This document shows, piece by piece, positions 38,916-50,730 of a stretch of 64,000 nucleotides of DNA; positions within the stretch are counted from its first letter, which is position 1; every line of letters starts with the position of its first letter. The notes below the pieces were generated by a model. It searched no databases. It had not been told where the DNA came from and saw only the letters and a list, made by a program, of their open reading frames with translations. Both the position numbers and the translations under genes were made by a program. Source of the stretch: Camelus ferus (lineage: Eukaryota). The stretch spans positions 11,596,001 to 11,660,000 of the forward strand of contig NC_045698.1 in the NCBI RefSeq assembly GCF_009834535.1. Reading direction: 5' to 3'.

Positions 38916-39320
38916 GTTTCCTATTTCAAACAGAAAACAGGATCCACTAGGCAGAGGCCCCTGTATTTCCTTCCCCCAAAGCTACAGACTTACCTGCACC
39001 TCTCCCCTCTCTTTCCTCCTTCCCCTCTGGTTGAAGTTGAAGTTCAGACTCTGCTCCTAGGCTCCAGATCCCATCCTCTCTGCCCTCCTCATGTTTCAGC
39101 ACCCAAGTCCTGACAGCTTCTCAGTCGACGCCTTCTCCAGCTGCCCCAGGGACACCTGACTGCTCCTGTGGACCACCACCTCCCTTCACTCACCTGTAAC
39201 CTGACGTGTACAATGCGATGGCACACCCCTACTCTGAGTCTCCCTGCGAACCTGGGTCTTTCCATGGTCTCTGTGGATGGTGTCTGGCACACAGAGGGTG
39301 CTTCGTCAATGTTTGTGCTG
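38916..39320 (+). mobile_element. L2 fragment(s), opposite orientation to the adjacent L2
   Basis: TTCCTATTTCAAACAGAAAACAGG...CTCTTTCCTCC...GCTCCAGATCCCATCC; tail GGTGTCTGGCACACAGAGGGTGCTTCGTCAATGTTTG. Confidence 0.55.
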
Positions 39321-39675
39321 CATGTAGATTAGTGGTTGAAAAGAGACAGACTGGATACAGGTGCAGGTTTTTATATATTGGAAAAGATTTTTAAACAAAG
39401 TATTTCCAACGTATTCTTTTACCATGAATGGCTTTGAAATTTAAGACAGCCTGAGTTTGAATTTCAGTATTCACAATTGAAAGTTAATTTTTTGTATCAT
39501 AACTCATTGCATACTAGGATTTTAATGATTTTTAAGCAGTGAATTCAGTTCTCTAAATGCACTCCCTCCACCTTCTACCCAGAGTGTTTGGGTTTCTATG
39601 AAATCATTTTGTGGACTGTATATTTTGTTGAGTGGAAATCCTGCCAAATCCTTATCTCAGCATCGATTTGGGTCA

Positions 39676-39750
39676 TGTATGTGTATGTGTGTGTGTGTGT
39701 GAGTGTGAGAGTGTGTATGAGTGTGAGAGTGTGTGTGTGTGTGTGTGTGT
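39676..39750 (+). repeat. Compound (TG)n microsatellite
   Basis: Directly visible. Confidence 0.95.
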
Positions 39751-41173
39751 TGGGAGTTGGGGACTGTGAAGACACTGAGGGGAGATAATGGGTGTAGACA
39801 AAAGGGAACCCAAAGGGCAAGGCACTGGGAAAGAGGGGTGGCTAGGACTGCATCTTTCTTTCAGGTGGACAGACCCACTGTGCACTCTTGTCTCCACCTC
39901 ATGCTCCCCACTCACGTGTCCCAGAGAGAGGGTTTCTCATCCGCTGCTCCTCCTGATTTTTGAATGAGTTGGTATGAACACAAAGGTGTACACTGTTTAG
40001 AAGTGCAGGCTGGCTAAATACCAGAGCAGTGCTAGTCTAATCTGTGTCTAAAGTCCCTTTATCCAGTATTTTTTTAACACAATGCTCCAAACAACAGTAC
40101 CCACAATTATTCTCCATTAAACGTGATGTTGTTGATGCCTCTTCTTTAGTGGTTAAAGCATCCAGGACAAATACCAACACCTGCAGAGCACAAATAATGG
40201 ATTGTTGCTTTGGCAGTGGATTTGCATCCCTGGTTTCTCTATTGAATAATCTGCCTTCCGGTCCCAGGTGGCAAGACTGAGAGCAGGGACCAGACTGATG
40301 GGACGATCTCCACCTCCCAGTGCCTCACCCAGGACGGTGCTCACGTAACGTCAGATTCAAACAAACAACACTCTCACTTCTAAGATCTGCCCCGAAATAG
40401 TGGTTGAATTTTCCTTCTTTCATGACTTCCTGATTTTTCCATCACATTTCTACATTGTCACATCCTTAACTCACCTGTGACACAGGTTTTTTAATTGAGA
40501 AAATATAATTTCAATATTGGTAGAATTTGCTATGTAAGAATCACAATGCTGCCTATACACATTATTCTATTATTTATCATTCAAAGGTTATTTTTAGAAA
40601 ATAGAATGTAAACCATTTTATTTCATATGCTTTAACATCTAATCATCAATTACTTCAAACAACCTACATGTTCAGCCCACCTTTCTAAGGAAAGCATAAC
40701 CACCACCTCCTCATCTATTCTGCCCTTGCCGACTAACATGTTCCATTTACCTCCATCAGGAGGATTAAAAGGTGGAAAATCCCCAGGTATCACTACTTAG
40801 CAGCCTGTTCCTGGGGAGTCAATAGCCTCATTTTTCCTTTCCTCTTTTCATTTGAAAAATACTTATCTAGTAAAAGAGAAACACTTCTTGCTGCTGGAGA
40901 ATGTATTTCCAAGGACTTCATTAAACCAAGTAATAGAATCAGTGTTTAAATGATCAAGTAGGAATATAAGCTTTTACAAAAAGAAAAGCTAATACGATGG
41001 TACTCATAGAGATCAATGCACTAATAATTAACCAAAATAATTGTGATATGTCTATGAGAGGGCTGTGCACGGGTGAGGCAGTGTTATTGCACATGAAATG
41101 ATGCAACATTTTGGTGAGCTTTTAGGGTTATAAGTATGCAGGACACCCTGCCTATGTGATATGTCCTGGAGTA

Positions 41174-41621
41174 CAGGCACACCTCATTTTATTGTACTTT
41201 ATTGTACTTCACAGACATTGTGTTTTTTCACAAATTGAAGGTCTAGGTCAACCCAGTGCAGAGCAAGTCTATCGGCACCATTTCTCCAACGGCGTTTGCC
41301 CACTTTGTGTCTGTGTCACGTTTTGGTCATTCTTGCGACATTTCAGATGTTTTCATTATTATCCTTGTTATGATGATCTGTGATCAGTGATCTTTTCTGT
41401 TATTATTATAACTTGAAGGTGTAGTTGATGTTTAGCTTTTTTTAGATTTTTTAAATAAACTTAAGTACATTGTGTTTTTGGAAGTAATGCTATTGCACAC
41501 TTAATGGACTGCAGAAGAGTGTAAACATAACTTTCATAGGCTCTGGAAAACCAAAAAATTCTAGTGACTCGCTTTATTGTGGGTCTGGAGCTGAACCCAC
41601 AATATCTTCAAAGTATGCCTG
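41174..41621 (+). mobile_element. Tigger1-derived non-autonomous MITE (Tigger1a-like, TcMar), 448 bp
   Basis: Terminal inverted repeats CAGGCACACCT... / ...AAGTATGCCTG with TA duplications (41172-41173, 41622-41623). Both ends match Tigger1 text (ACAAATTGAAGG...GAGCAAGTCTATCGGCACCATTT; GTGTAAACATAACTTT...GTGACTCGCTTTATTG). Transposase region deleted. Confidence 0.92.
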
Positions 41622-41899
41622 TAAAACTATTTTATACCAATCATCTTTCTATAAGCTCTCTGCATTGTTTTAGAAGTTAGAAAACAAACTATAATTCCTA
41701 GAACTAGCATTCCTGGTGACAGGTTATTTCACCCCACAAAAAAAGTCATGCTCAAGTTTGCTGACCAGCATGAGGTATGACGAGGACCAGTGCAGAGCCT
41801 CACAGAAACGTCTTTGTGCTTCGCACTTGAGAGGCACTTTGGAACTTGCCTACAGCATCCTAAAACTCTTCCCCATTTGTAGCATGCTTGAAAAATTAC

Positions 41900-42242
41900 A
41901 CATGGAGCAAAAAGTTTGATAAAAATATATTTAAAACAAGCCAGAAAAAATAGTCTTGACCTTAAGGATAACTTTCATCATTCTTTTAACCAAGTAGAGT
42001 TAAATAATATGTATAATGATTTCAAGTACCAACTTATAAAAGATGTGATAAATCAGAAAGCAAAGAACAGGAGGACTCTATTTTTTCAGAAAAATGTATT
42101 TGCAATTCAAATGTTCATATAAAAAGCATAAATTTTAAAAAGTTCATAGATGTGTGTTTTTAGAAGTGCTATGGTTTTGCCATTCATTGCAATTACATTC
42201 CAAAATGTGCAGGGGGGGCCACACCGCACCTTCTTAACTTTG
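41900..42242 (-). other. MARCHF11: Probable MARCHF11 3' UTR (3' end uncertain)
   Basis: Non-repetitive U-rich sequence immediately after the stop. No canonical AATAAA before 41578; variant AATATA at 41926-41931. Confidence 0.55.
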
Positions 42243-42565
42243 TCACACTGAAGTCACTCTCATCACAACCTCCCCCGAGCTGTTATCTTCTGACATATCT
42301 TCATGGGGCCTCATCCGATTGAACAGATGTAATAACACATAGCCACACTGAAACCTTGGGGAGGTTAATTGTGTGGGGTGGACCAAGTTCCTGTTCCGTA
42401 GAGCCGTCAGTGGCAACCATAAAGTCCTGCTTGTGGAAGACTCTCCGCGGCTGCTTTCTTCGATGTCTGTGGCTTTGTCGTAATTTAATACATCCCAATG
42501 TAAGTTAACAGCTCGCCAACGCTTAAACACTCTGTAAACTGCAGCTCCTTCATGGACAATGAGAC
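42243..42565 (-). CDS. MARCHF11: MARCHF11 terminal coding exon (cytoplasmic tail with YxxL motif and C-terminal PDZ-binding motif)
   Basis: Acceptor ttt-ag|GT CTC ATT completes the split Gly codon. Reads [107 protein letters not shown] then TGA (42243-42245). Contains YVLL and terminal VTSV, typical of MARCH11. Confidence 0.97.
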
Positions 42566-43119
42566 CTAAAATTCAAGGAGAAAAGAAAAATGTCTGGTCA
42601 TACTCGTAAGTTGGGTATGTTATTTTGCATACAAGAGATTAAAGAAATGGTCAGTTCTCAGTTACTCATCATGATCTAAAGCATGGAATTCTGACTTCTC
42701 AAATAGTATGTCTAATGGAAAGCTATTACTCATATTGCACAGGAGTAGTCAATATTCAGAAATGAGAATGCCCTACCAGGCAGACAGTCAAGCCATCGTG
42801 AGCATAATTTACTTGCTCACTATGGCTCGGAACATACTTTGGGCATTTAAGATGCCCTGCGTTTTTCACACATATTTCAGCGTGAAGTCCAAAAGCTTTT
42901 GAATTTGTGATCCATCCCAAAAAGGAGTCCCTGGCGGGGAGGTCCCTTCAGATAGAAAAGTGAGTAGGTGCTTCTCTTTCAAAGGAATTGAAATTCCATT
43001 GAAAGCTGATGGAAAGGCCAATGAAGTTTTTCTTAAGATGGAATGTGGCACATATGCAGGGCGTGTCAGTTGGTAACAACCGCTTTTTAACCAAAGATTG
43101 ACAATGAGAAGGTCCTACG

Positions 43120-43655
43120 TTCATCTACCTTGGGTGTATGTCCTAGAGAAACACTTATAAATAAATAGAAAAAAGGATGTATGTCAAAAAATGTTTATTA
43201 CATATTTGTTTGTATTTGAGAAAAAAGATTGCAAACAGTCTCAATGTCCATCCTGAGAAGAATGGAAAAATTGTAGTGTTTGGACCCAAAGAACAAAAGC
43301 AATAAAAAAGAATGGAACAAACTCTCATGCACTAATGTGGATAAATCTTAAAATAACAGTGGAAATCTTAAAGCCATATAAAAAAATGAAAATTTCAGAA
43401 ATATAAATAATTGGAGTGAAGAAATACTATACATTTTTAGGGATACAGTCTATATATGGTAAAAATGTAAAAATGCGCATGAGAAGAATAATCATTAAAT
43501 TCGTGATAGTGGGGAAGGAAAAAGATGAAAAAGAGGCTTCAAAGAGGACTTTTGAGTGTATCTCTAATGTCACATTTTTTTTTCATCTGGGTAGTGAATG
43601 AATGTTTAACATGCTATCCTGTATACTTTTGGTGCACCGGAATAATTCATAATTT
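43120..43655 (+). mobile_element. Old L1 (L1ME-like) 3' fragment
   Basis: GGTGTATGTCCTAGAGAAACACTT...AATGTTTATTAC...CAATGTCCATC...GTGGATAAATCTTAAAA. Confidence 0.7.
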
Positions 43656-45846
43656 CAAAAGTCACAGAGAATTTATCAGGAAAATTGACCTAAGATGTGT
43701 TGAGGAATAGACAACAGAAGTAGGGGAGACAAATATGGAGGTTATGACATTGTAGGTGAGGAGCAGAGGGGCAGCAGGAAATAGAATACAGAGAAACAAA
43801 CTAACCAACCTGTCAGAGGAAAAACTAACAGAAATTGTAATGCAAGAAGGGGAAGAAAATCAGTCTCACATTTTTAAGGCTGGAGGAATGGGTGATTGAA
43901 AGAATGGTCGTAATCTTTCCATAGGTACAAGTAAGGGTTTTGAACATGTTTTTGTTGGGGAGATTATTTCTTTTTTTGTCGGCTAAACTAATGCCAGGTA
44001 AGCAATGGAGATATCCAGCCTTTGAAAAATCACACCTACCTAATAGAATTCAAGTTTTACATCGTTCCCTTACCAGGAGGTAAACTTCTGACACACGTGA
44101 CTTAAGAGCATTCCAAAGATATTAACATAGGCCACTAAAAATGCATGTGGTCTAATAAATAAAAATGTCTTAAACCTAGTTACGTACATCCCCAAAATTT
44201 TTAAAAGAAATGTAAACTTCTATTAGTCATTGCAATTCAAATAATTGTTTGATTCCTTTTTCCTAAGGAATAATCAGAGTTGATCCAACTGACCAGATGT
44301 TTTTGGAAAACAGCCAGAATTATAAGTCAAGACTACCAGATTTCAACTGATAATTCTAATTTTAGCTTTCTGAAGTCTCCATGGACAATGATTTAGCTTT
44401 TCTGGGTTTTTTTTTTTCCTCCTTAAAATGCAGCTGGAATTCCTAATCTATACATTCAGCACAATGGTATGAAGATAAATTGGAATTCATCAACTATAAA
44501 GCACTCCGATTTCCTTGGAGATGATAACTAATGTAAATATAAGACATTATTATTAATTAAAAAAATCAATAGTGAATCTGTGTGGTGAGGAACATTCATT
44601 CACACTAATCACAAAGCCATTATAGTCTGTGTCAGGTTCATTCTGGATAAGTGCAGTGATGGGGGCCTGGCTTCACCAGGGGAAACCACTCGTTTCACAG
44701 AATCCTATTCTTTTTTTTTTTTTTTTTTTTTATTGATTTCCTTTGAAAGGCCAGCAATCAGATCATTCACTTGAGCTCAAAGTCATTTTCTGGGAACATA
44801 TTCCTGGTAGCACTTTTCTAAATACATAAATCTACCCAACCTGCAGAAATAAATCCCATGGGTCTTCATAGTACATTTTGAACCTATTTTAAAGAAAGAC
44901 AACTACTTGAAGTTTTCATGAAGACGTAGTCGTCCTGAATTTCCAGCTCCATGTGCTGCTTCTGAATTGTATTCAAGTTGTGAAGGATGTTTAGGTTTTG
45001 CCTTATTCCCTGTGAATGTTTAGAATTACTTCTCACCATTTAGAGGCTTAAATTTTACTGAAATATGAGGAACCCCATCCCACCACCAAAGTTATCTTCT
45101 GTAATGTATACTTTTCCCCTTTCTCCTTTAGATTTTCTAGCAAAAGTCATCTGTACTAGTGGTTATGAGAAGACTTGACTACTGTGATCATTGAAATCCA
45201 GAGGTAACAATTCGTTTAACTCTAGTTCCTGTGTGGAGAATCCAGCTATTGAACATCCTGCTGCTCTCCTTTCTTACTGATGATCATTCCCCTCCGGTTT
45301 CATAACTGACCAGTTCGCTTCGTCCAGTAGCCTTCACTCTAATACCTCAAGTCAAGCCTTAAAATGAATTTGTCACCTTGACATTTCAGGTCACATGAAA
45401 ACAGGCTTAGATTTACTTCTTCATCTGAGCCACTAACCCTGAAGGGGAAAGCAATGATAATTACTATAAAATGTAAATATTAAATATTTTATGACACTTG
45501 TTACATTATTAACGGCAAAGATGCCAACAAGGTGTGATTCATGGGAATCTGGCATTTTGCAGCTTGAGAATGTGTATGTGTCTGTGTATGTCTGGTTGGT
45601 TGCTTCTAATCATTTTCTTGTCAGAAACATTTAACTGGAGCATCTGTTACTGATGTGCAAAGGAACATTTTTGTTAGGGAATTATCTTTAACAAAAGAGC
45701 AGGTTTAAATAGTTTCTGGTTTCACTGAAATAAAAGCACACTGTTTATATAAGTATATCCTAAATTTGGAAGTGGTGTGTTAGTTGAAATTCTTGGTAGT
45801 AGGAACTGAGCTGGTTACCCAAGAAATAATGGGAAGATTATCAAGG

Positions 45847-45954
45847 TACATGCGTTCACATGTGTGCATGTATCTGTGTGTGTGTGCAAACACATACATG
45901 CGTTCACATTTGTGCATGTATCTGTGTGTGTGTGCACACACAGATACATGCACA
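45847..45954. repeat. 48-bp tandem duplication plus perfect 20-bp inverted repeat
   Basis: Units start at 45847 and 45895. Arms 45911-45930 and 45935-45954 are exact reverse complements. Confidence 0.92.
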
Positions 45955-46149
45955 CACCGTTTGTCTATGTTTATTTCAATACAGACAAATGATATATTAT
46001 AATTAACCGAGGCTTGAAAAATATATGGTCAAATATAAACAAATTTTGATAGTAACTACCAAACCACCAGTCTAATCATTTCATTTCTTGTGTTGCCAAT
46101 CTTGGTTCTTGTTTGAATAGATCTGGCTATTTTTCATAATTTAAAAAGT

Positions 46150-46380
46150 AAAATTTTTATCAGGGATTTGTTCTGTGCCAAGCACTGTGCTGGGTACTTC
46201 ACACATGCACGACTCTCATTTAATCTTGACTGCAACTCTGTACACAGATACTAGTATTGAATAGTCTCACAGTTAAGGAAATTGAGACCTAGAGAGATTT
46301 AGCAAATCGTCCAACATTGTGAAGATATCAGCTCTGAGACTGAAGCCCAAAACTTGTCTATTTTGAGAGCTGCAATCCTA
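46150..46380 (-). mobile_element. MIR SINE
   Basis: CTGTGCCAAGCACTGTGCTGGGTACTTCACAC...CTCATTTAATCTT...AAGGAAATTGAGACCTAGAGAGATT. Confidence 0.8.
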
Positions 46381-46446
46381 CTCATGCTAAATTTCCAACT
46401 TACAGCATTCTCTCCTAGACATAGAATGACCAACTGAGAGACATCT

Positions 46447-46637
46447 TGCTATGGATTGAATGTATGTATCTCCCCAAAATTCGTATGTTGAAGCCCTAAT
46501 CCCCAGCATGATGGTATTTGGAAGTAGGATCGTTGGGAGGTCATTGGAACTATATAAAGTCATGAGGGTGTTTAACGTCCTTATAAAAGAGGAAGAGACA
46601 CAAGTTTTCCGTGTGTGTGCGTGTGTGTGTGTGTGTA

Positions 46638-46672
<35 letters not shown>

Positions 46673-46867
46673 ACCAAGGAAAGATCACATGAGGACATAT
46701 CAAGAAGACGGCTGTCTGCAAACCAGGAAGAGAGCCCTCATCAGACTTAATACGCCAGCACCTTGACTTTGGATTTCCCACTGCCTTCACTGTAAGAAAT
46801 AAATGTTTATTGTTTAAGTGACCCAGGCTGTGGTGCTTCATTACAGCAGCTCAAACAGAACAAGATG
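46447..46867 (+). mobile_element. MaLR LTR, MLT1A0-like, with internal (TG)n at 46611-46671
   Basis: TGCTATGGATTGAATGTATGTATCTCCCCAAAATTCGTATGTTGAAGCCCTAATCCCCAG...CTGTAAGAAATAAATGTTTATTGTTTAAG. Confidence 0.92.
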
Positions 46868-47329
46868 GACCTAGTATATAAACTACATCACCCTTATTTA
46901 CAATATGAGTAAACTAAGTCCCAGAGACTATGATTTGGAAAAAGTTACACAATTAGTTGCCACTTTTAATATCCTTGAGTGTCACTGACACTGTTCTATT
47001 TCTAGGAGTGCCAATAAAACTGCCCCTCCCAACCCTCCCCATCCTAGGAGAGAAAAGGGTTGTGGAGTCTTATATGAAGGCAACACCATCAGTGGTGAGC
47101 ACTCCATCTGGAAATCTGTACCAACCTGAGCTTTCCCAGGAAATGCAAGATCCTGGTAACACAGGTTAATGGCTAAAGGCAAAATGCCTGTGAGCAGTTC
47201 AGTCACCACCACTGTTGGGAATGCCAACGAACTCCCAGCTCACAGCAGATATTTGGCCAGAAAAGGCTCTTGACTGCAAAAATGTCCAGTATTTCTCAGT
47301 TAAATTAAACCATTTTCCCTGGCCAACAT

Positions 47330-47386
47330 TCTTCTCTCTCTCATTCTCCCTCTCCCTCTCCCTCTCTCTCTCTTTCCGCCTCTCTC
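47330..47386 (+). repeat. (CT)n-rich pyrimidine tract
   Basis: Directly visible. Confidence 0.85.
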
Positions 47387-49252
47387 AGTGACATTTCCAC
47401 ATAACCAAACTCTATAAATATAGCCTGTGCCATTCTGAAAAGTCAGTGTGCACCAGAAGCAGGATGGTGACTTTGAGTCCCATTTAATCTCATTTAAGAC
47501 AAAAAAATTAGAGAAGATTAGAGTCAATCTCACAACCTGGCTCCATTGTTCACTCCTAATTCCCACTACTACTTGGTGAAGACCAGAGTGTGGTTGCACA
47601 AAAGAGGGTTAACTAAACAAGACTGTGGCCTGAGATCCCCTTTGCTGGAATAATCTTTGCTAGGATGTAATAAGTTACATTAATTCTCCTGGCACATTTT
47701 CTTAAGGCACCCGTCATTCAAATGCCCAACAGCTATGGGGACTTAGATGTAAGTGCAATGGTAATCACTTTAAAAGGCACTTCTCTATTGTTGAATTTTG
47801 TTAATAATGAATCTTGAAGAAATAACCGCAAGTCATTTCTATGTATAATGGATGTTTACTTTTGTTAGACTCAACTATATATGAAGCTTAAAGAAAAATA
47901 TCAGAAAAACAACAAAAAAACAAAAATATAAAACTTAGAGATATAAAGATTGAAAGACAATTCATATTCCATCAGAAAAACCACTAAGTTCACCAAAGAA
48001 AGCTATCATCAGTTGATAGTCTAAAACCCAGACCTCTGGGAACTACAATGTCCTGATCACATATGGGGATTTTGTGAACACATATTTCCAATGCTGCCCA
48101 TCAGAACAAATAATGAAAAGAAATATCCTACAGAAAATGCACTTGTATCTATAAAAGATGAGTTGATTTTTGTTTTGTTGAATATTATATGTATCTATAT
48201 CTTCCCCCACTCCCAGAACCAGGTTGAGAATGGCAGGCTGGTCATGAGGGTTTAAAGCTCAAGGGTTCAGATACAGATCATCATTAGCATTGGTTAAAAA
48301 AAAAATCTTCTGTGCAAAATAATGTGATAAGGACAACAAATTATTCAGAAACTTGCCACAACATGAAACTTGACACTAGAGGCTGGCTAATGTCCAAATA
48401 TAGATGAGCTAATCCACCCACCCCCAAAGTGAAGAACAGCACACATGACGAAATGATTATCATAATAGTTAAGGCTCTAAATGACTGTTTTTTTCTAAGT
48501 AATACACAAGAAAAGCCCTGGTGCTGATTTTACGACACTGCCACCCTCTATGTCTTCCTCTCCCTCAGTGAAATCTGCAGTCAGTCATCAGCCTGGATTC
48601 AAAGAGCACTGGGTCTTCAGTGCTGATGGCATCCTGGCCTGGGAACAGAACAGGATGGCAAAGGCAAACTTTAATGTGGAGTATAACCTCTCATCAGCTG
48701 CCAGAGAGGAAAGCGCAGTCTTTTCTAGAAGGTCTGAACACAGGTTGAATTTGCTTCTCAACCTGCCATCCCTGTTTCAGTTCGTGACCATCCCCCAAGT
48801 CAGTTAGGTTGAAACCTGTATCATCTAGACTAGTCTATCCTCTGGGCACTGAATTCTGCTAATTCTGTCTTCTTAGCAAATCTGGGATAAAACAGAACAT
48901 TATCTCTCTGTGACTCCAATCAGCCATGTGTTCCCTGAAGACTGGAAGGAACCCTCTTCCTACTTCAATGACCGATACAGAGCAGGAGCTCAATAAATCT
49001 TTGCTAAATGAGAAGGAATAAGAAAGAGAAGAGTGACCATCACTGGAATCTCAAGGATGACAAGATTGACTCTATCTAGGGATGACAGTGCTGTTAAAAC
49101 ACAAAAGGTCTCAAATATTGTTCTTTCATATGTTAGAGTAACACCTTGAGATAACAAAGACAGACTAAAATATACACACCAAGACTGGAAATGAAAGGGT
49201 TTAGGGATCTGAGCCCACGTTTCTCAACAGTGGGTTTTGCCCTAGTCCCTCC

Positions 49253-49255
<3 letters not shown>

Positions 49256-49292
<37 letters not shown>
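49256..49292 (+). repeat. (AC)18 microsatellite
   Basis: Directly visible. Confidence 0.97.
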
Positions 49293-49293
<1 letters not shown>

Positions 49294-50524
49294 CCTAGAA
49301 GAAGTAGAAGAGCTAAAAGTCTTTACAAGGATTTGTTTTCAGCCTCTGTAAATGGTAGCAGCCTCTCGTTGACCTAATCACCAAATGTTTGCTTGAGTCA
49401 AACAATCATTAACCCAGATAATTACAAAATGCCCAGGTCCATGCCTAACACCTAAGAGACGGACAGGAGATGGGAAGATTGCAGTGACCTTCAGAACTTA
49501 TAAAGTAAGTAACTCTGTAAACCTCAATGTAACAATATTTGGTTGAAAACCCTATCAATGTCTATCTTCTGCGTTAATTAATGCTTTAAGGATTGGAAAT
49601 CTGCTTTAGTAGATTTCCATTTGCTTTCCACATTCTGAACCAAAGCTAGTACTTAGAAGGAGGCTATTGGTGGACTTTTTCTGTGGCAAGTAGAAATCTG
49701 TACATCTAATTTTCCTTTTCATCTCCAATGGATAAACTATCTACTGCAAACTTGCAGGTCGTGATTTCATTAATCTTCAAGTTGACAATGCATGTATTGA
49801 TTGTCCCATTTCATGGGGTGAGAACAACATTTTAAAAGATTTAACTGAAATATCTAATTAAAATCTGTTTACTTTTGTAACCTGACATAGGCTATTTCAC
49901 TTTTGTTGGCTTTGCTTTTCATTTCTCTTAAATCATATAAGCTATGGGTAAAAATATAAACAAAAGCTGCCATCTAAGCATAAGTAAAATTTCTAATTCT
50001 CTCAGGGTTTTTAATTGAAAATATCAATGAAATTTTAGCCTGAATATAAAAATGTTAAGACCTTAGGTTTCCATAACATTCTATTCTGTGATCTAGCAAG
50101 AAAATTCAAGGTTGAGATGTGATTCTTAATACTAGTAATTCTTATCAAGAAACTGTTTCACTTAGACAATGAAAAGAGAGAGAAATGGCTTTTGGTATGG
50201 TATATTAAATATTTCATTCTCTTTAATAATATTTCTGTATGTTTTTGGTTCTATTAATTGGAATAAATAAAGACTACACAAAATAGATCATTACTTTGGG
50301 TTTTTAGGGAAATTTTTTCTCTATTTCTAATCTAAAATCAGTAGTTAAAAAAAGTATATATTGCTGATACCATGCCTTAGGTGTTTGAGACAACAACCTA
50401 AAGACATTGTTTCACTTTATTGAATAGACAACATTTTGTAAATTAGCTATTCAAGCTCAGCTTATAAGGAGAGTTTTTTTAAACCAAATAATAAGTAGAA
50501 TTAACTGAATCACATATTTTTACA

Positions 50525-50730
50525 CAGGCTCTGGAGTGACAGTGCCTGGAGTCCAATCTTGGGTCCCTCTTCTGTGTTACCTCCAAGAACTAGTCAATGG
50601 TACTTTAGTTTTCTCATCTGGGAGATGAACACCCACATCTCACAGGGCTGTTGAGAGGACTAAGTGTGGAAACTGATGTAAAGTGCTTAGAATGTTACCT
50701 GGATCACAGTAAACATGATCTTAGCCATCA
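50525..50730 (+). mobile_element. MIR SINE
   Basis: CAGGCTCTGGAGTGACAGTGCCTGG...AGTTTTCTCATCTG...CTCACAGGGCTGTTGAGAGGACTAAG...GTAAAGTGCTTAG. Confidence 0.85.

Noticed and set aside
42301..42498. Overlapping 65-aa ORF in another frame of the last exon
   Set aside because: Short alternative-frame by-product with no independent start context or homology that I can recognise.
42243..42530. ORF-track 95-aa ORF as a standalone gene
   Set aside because: Its start is a GTG (Val) inside the MARCHF11 last exon. The true exon begins at the acceptor at 42565.
46387..46841. His/Thr- and Cys/Val-repeat ORFs (also at 39588-39963 and 62271-62516)
   Set aside because: Translations of (CA)n/(TG)n microsatellites within or near LTRs.
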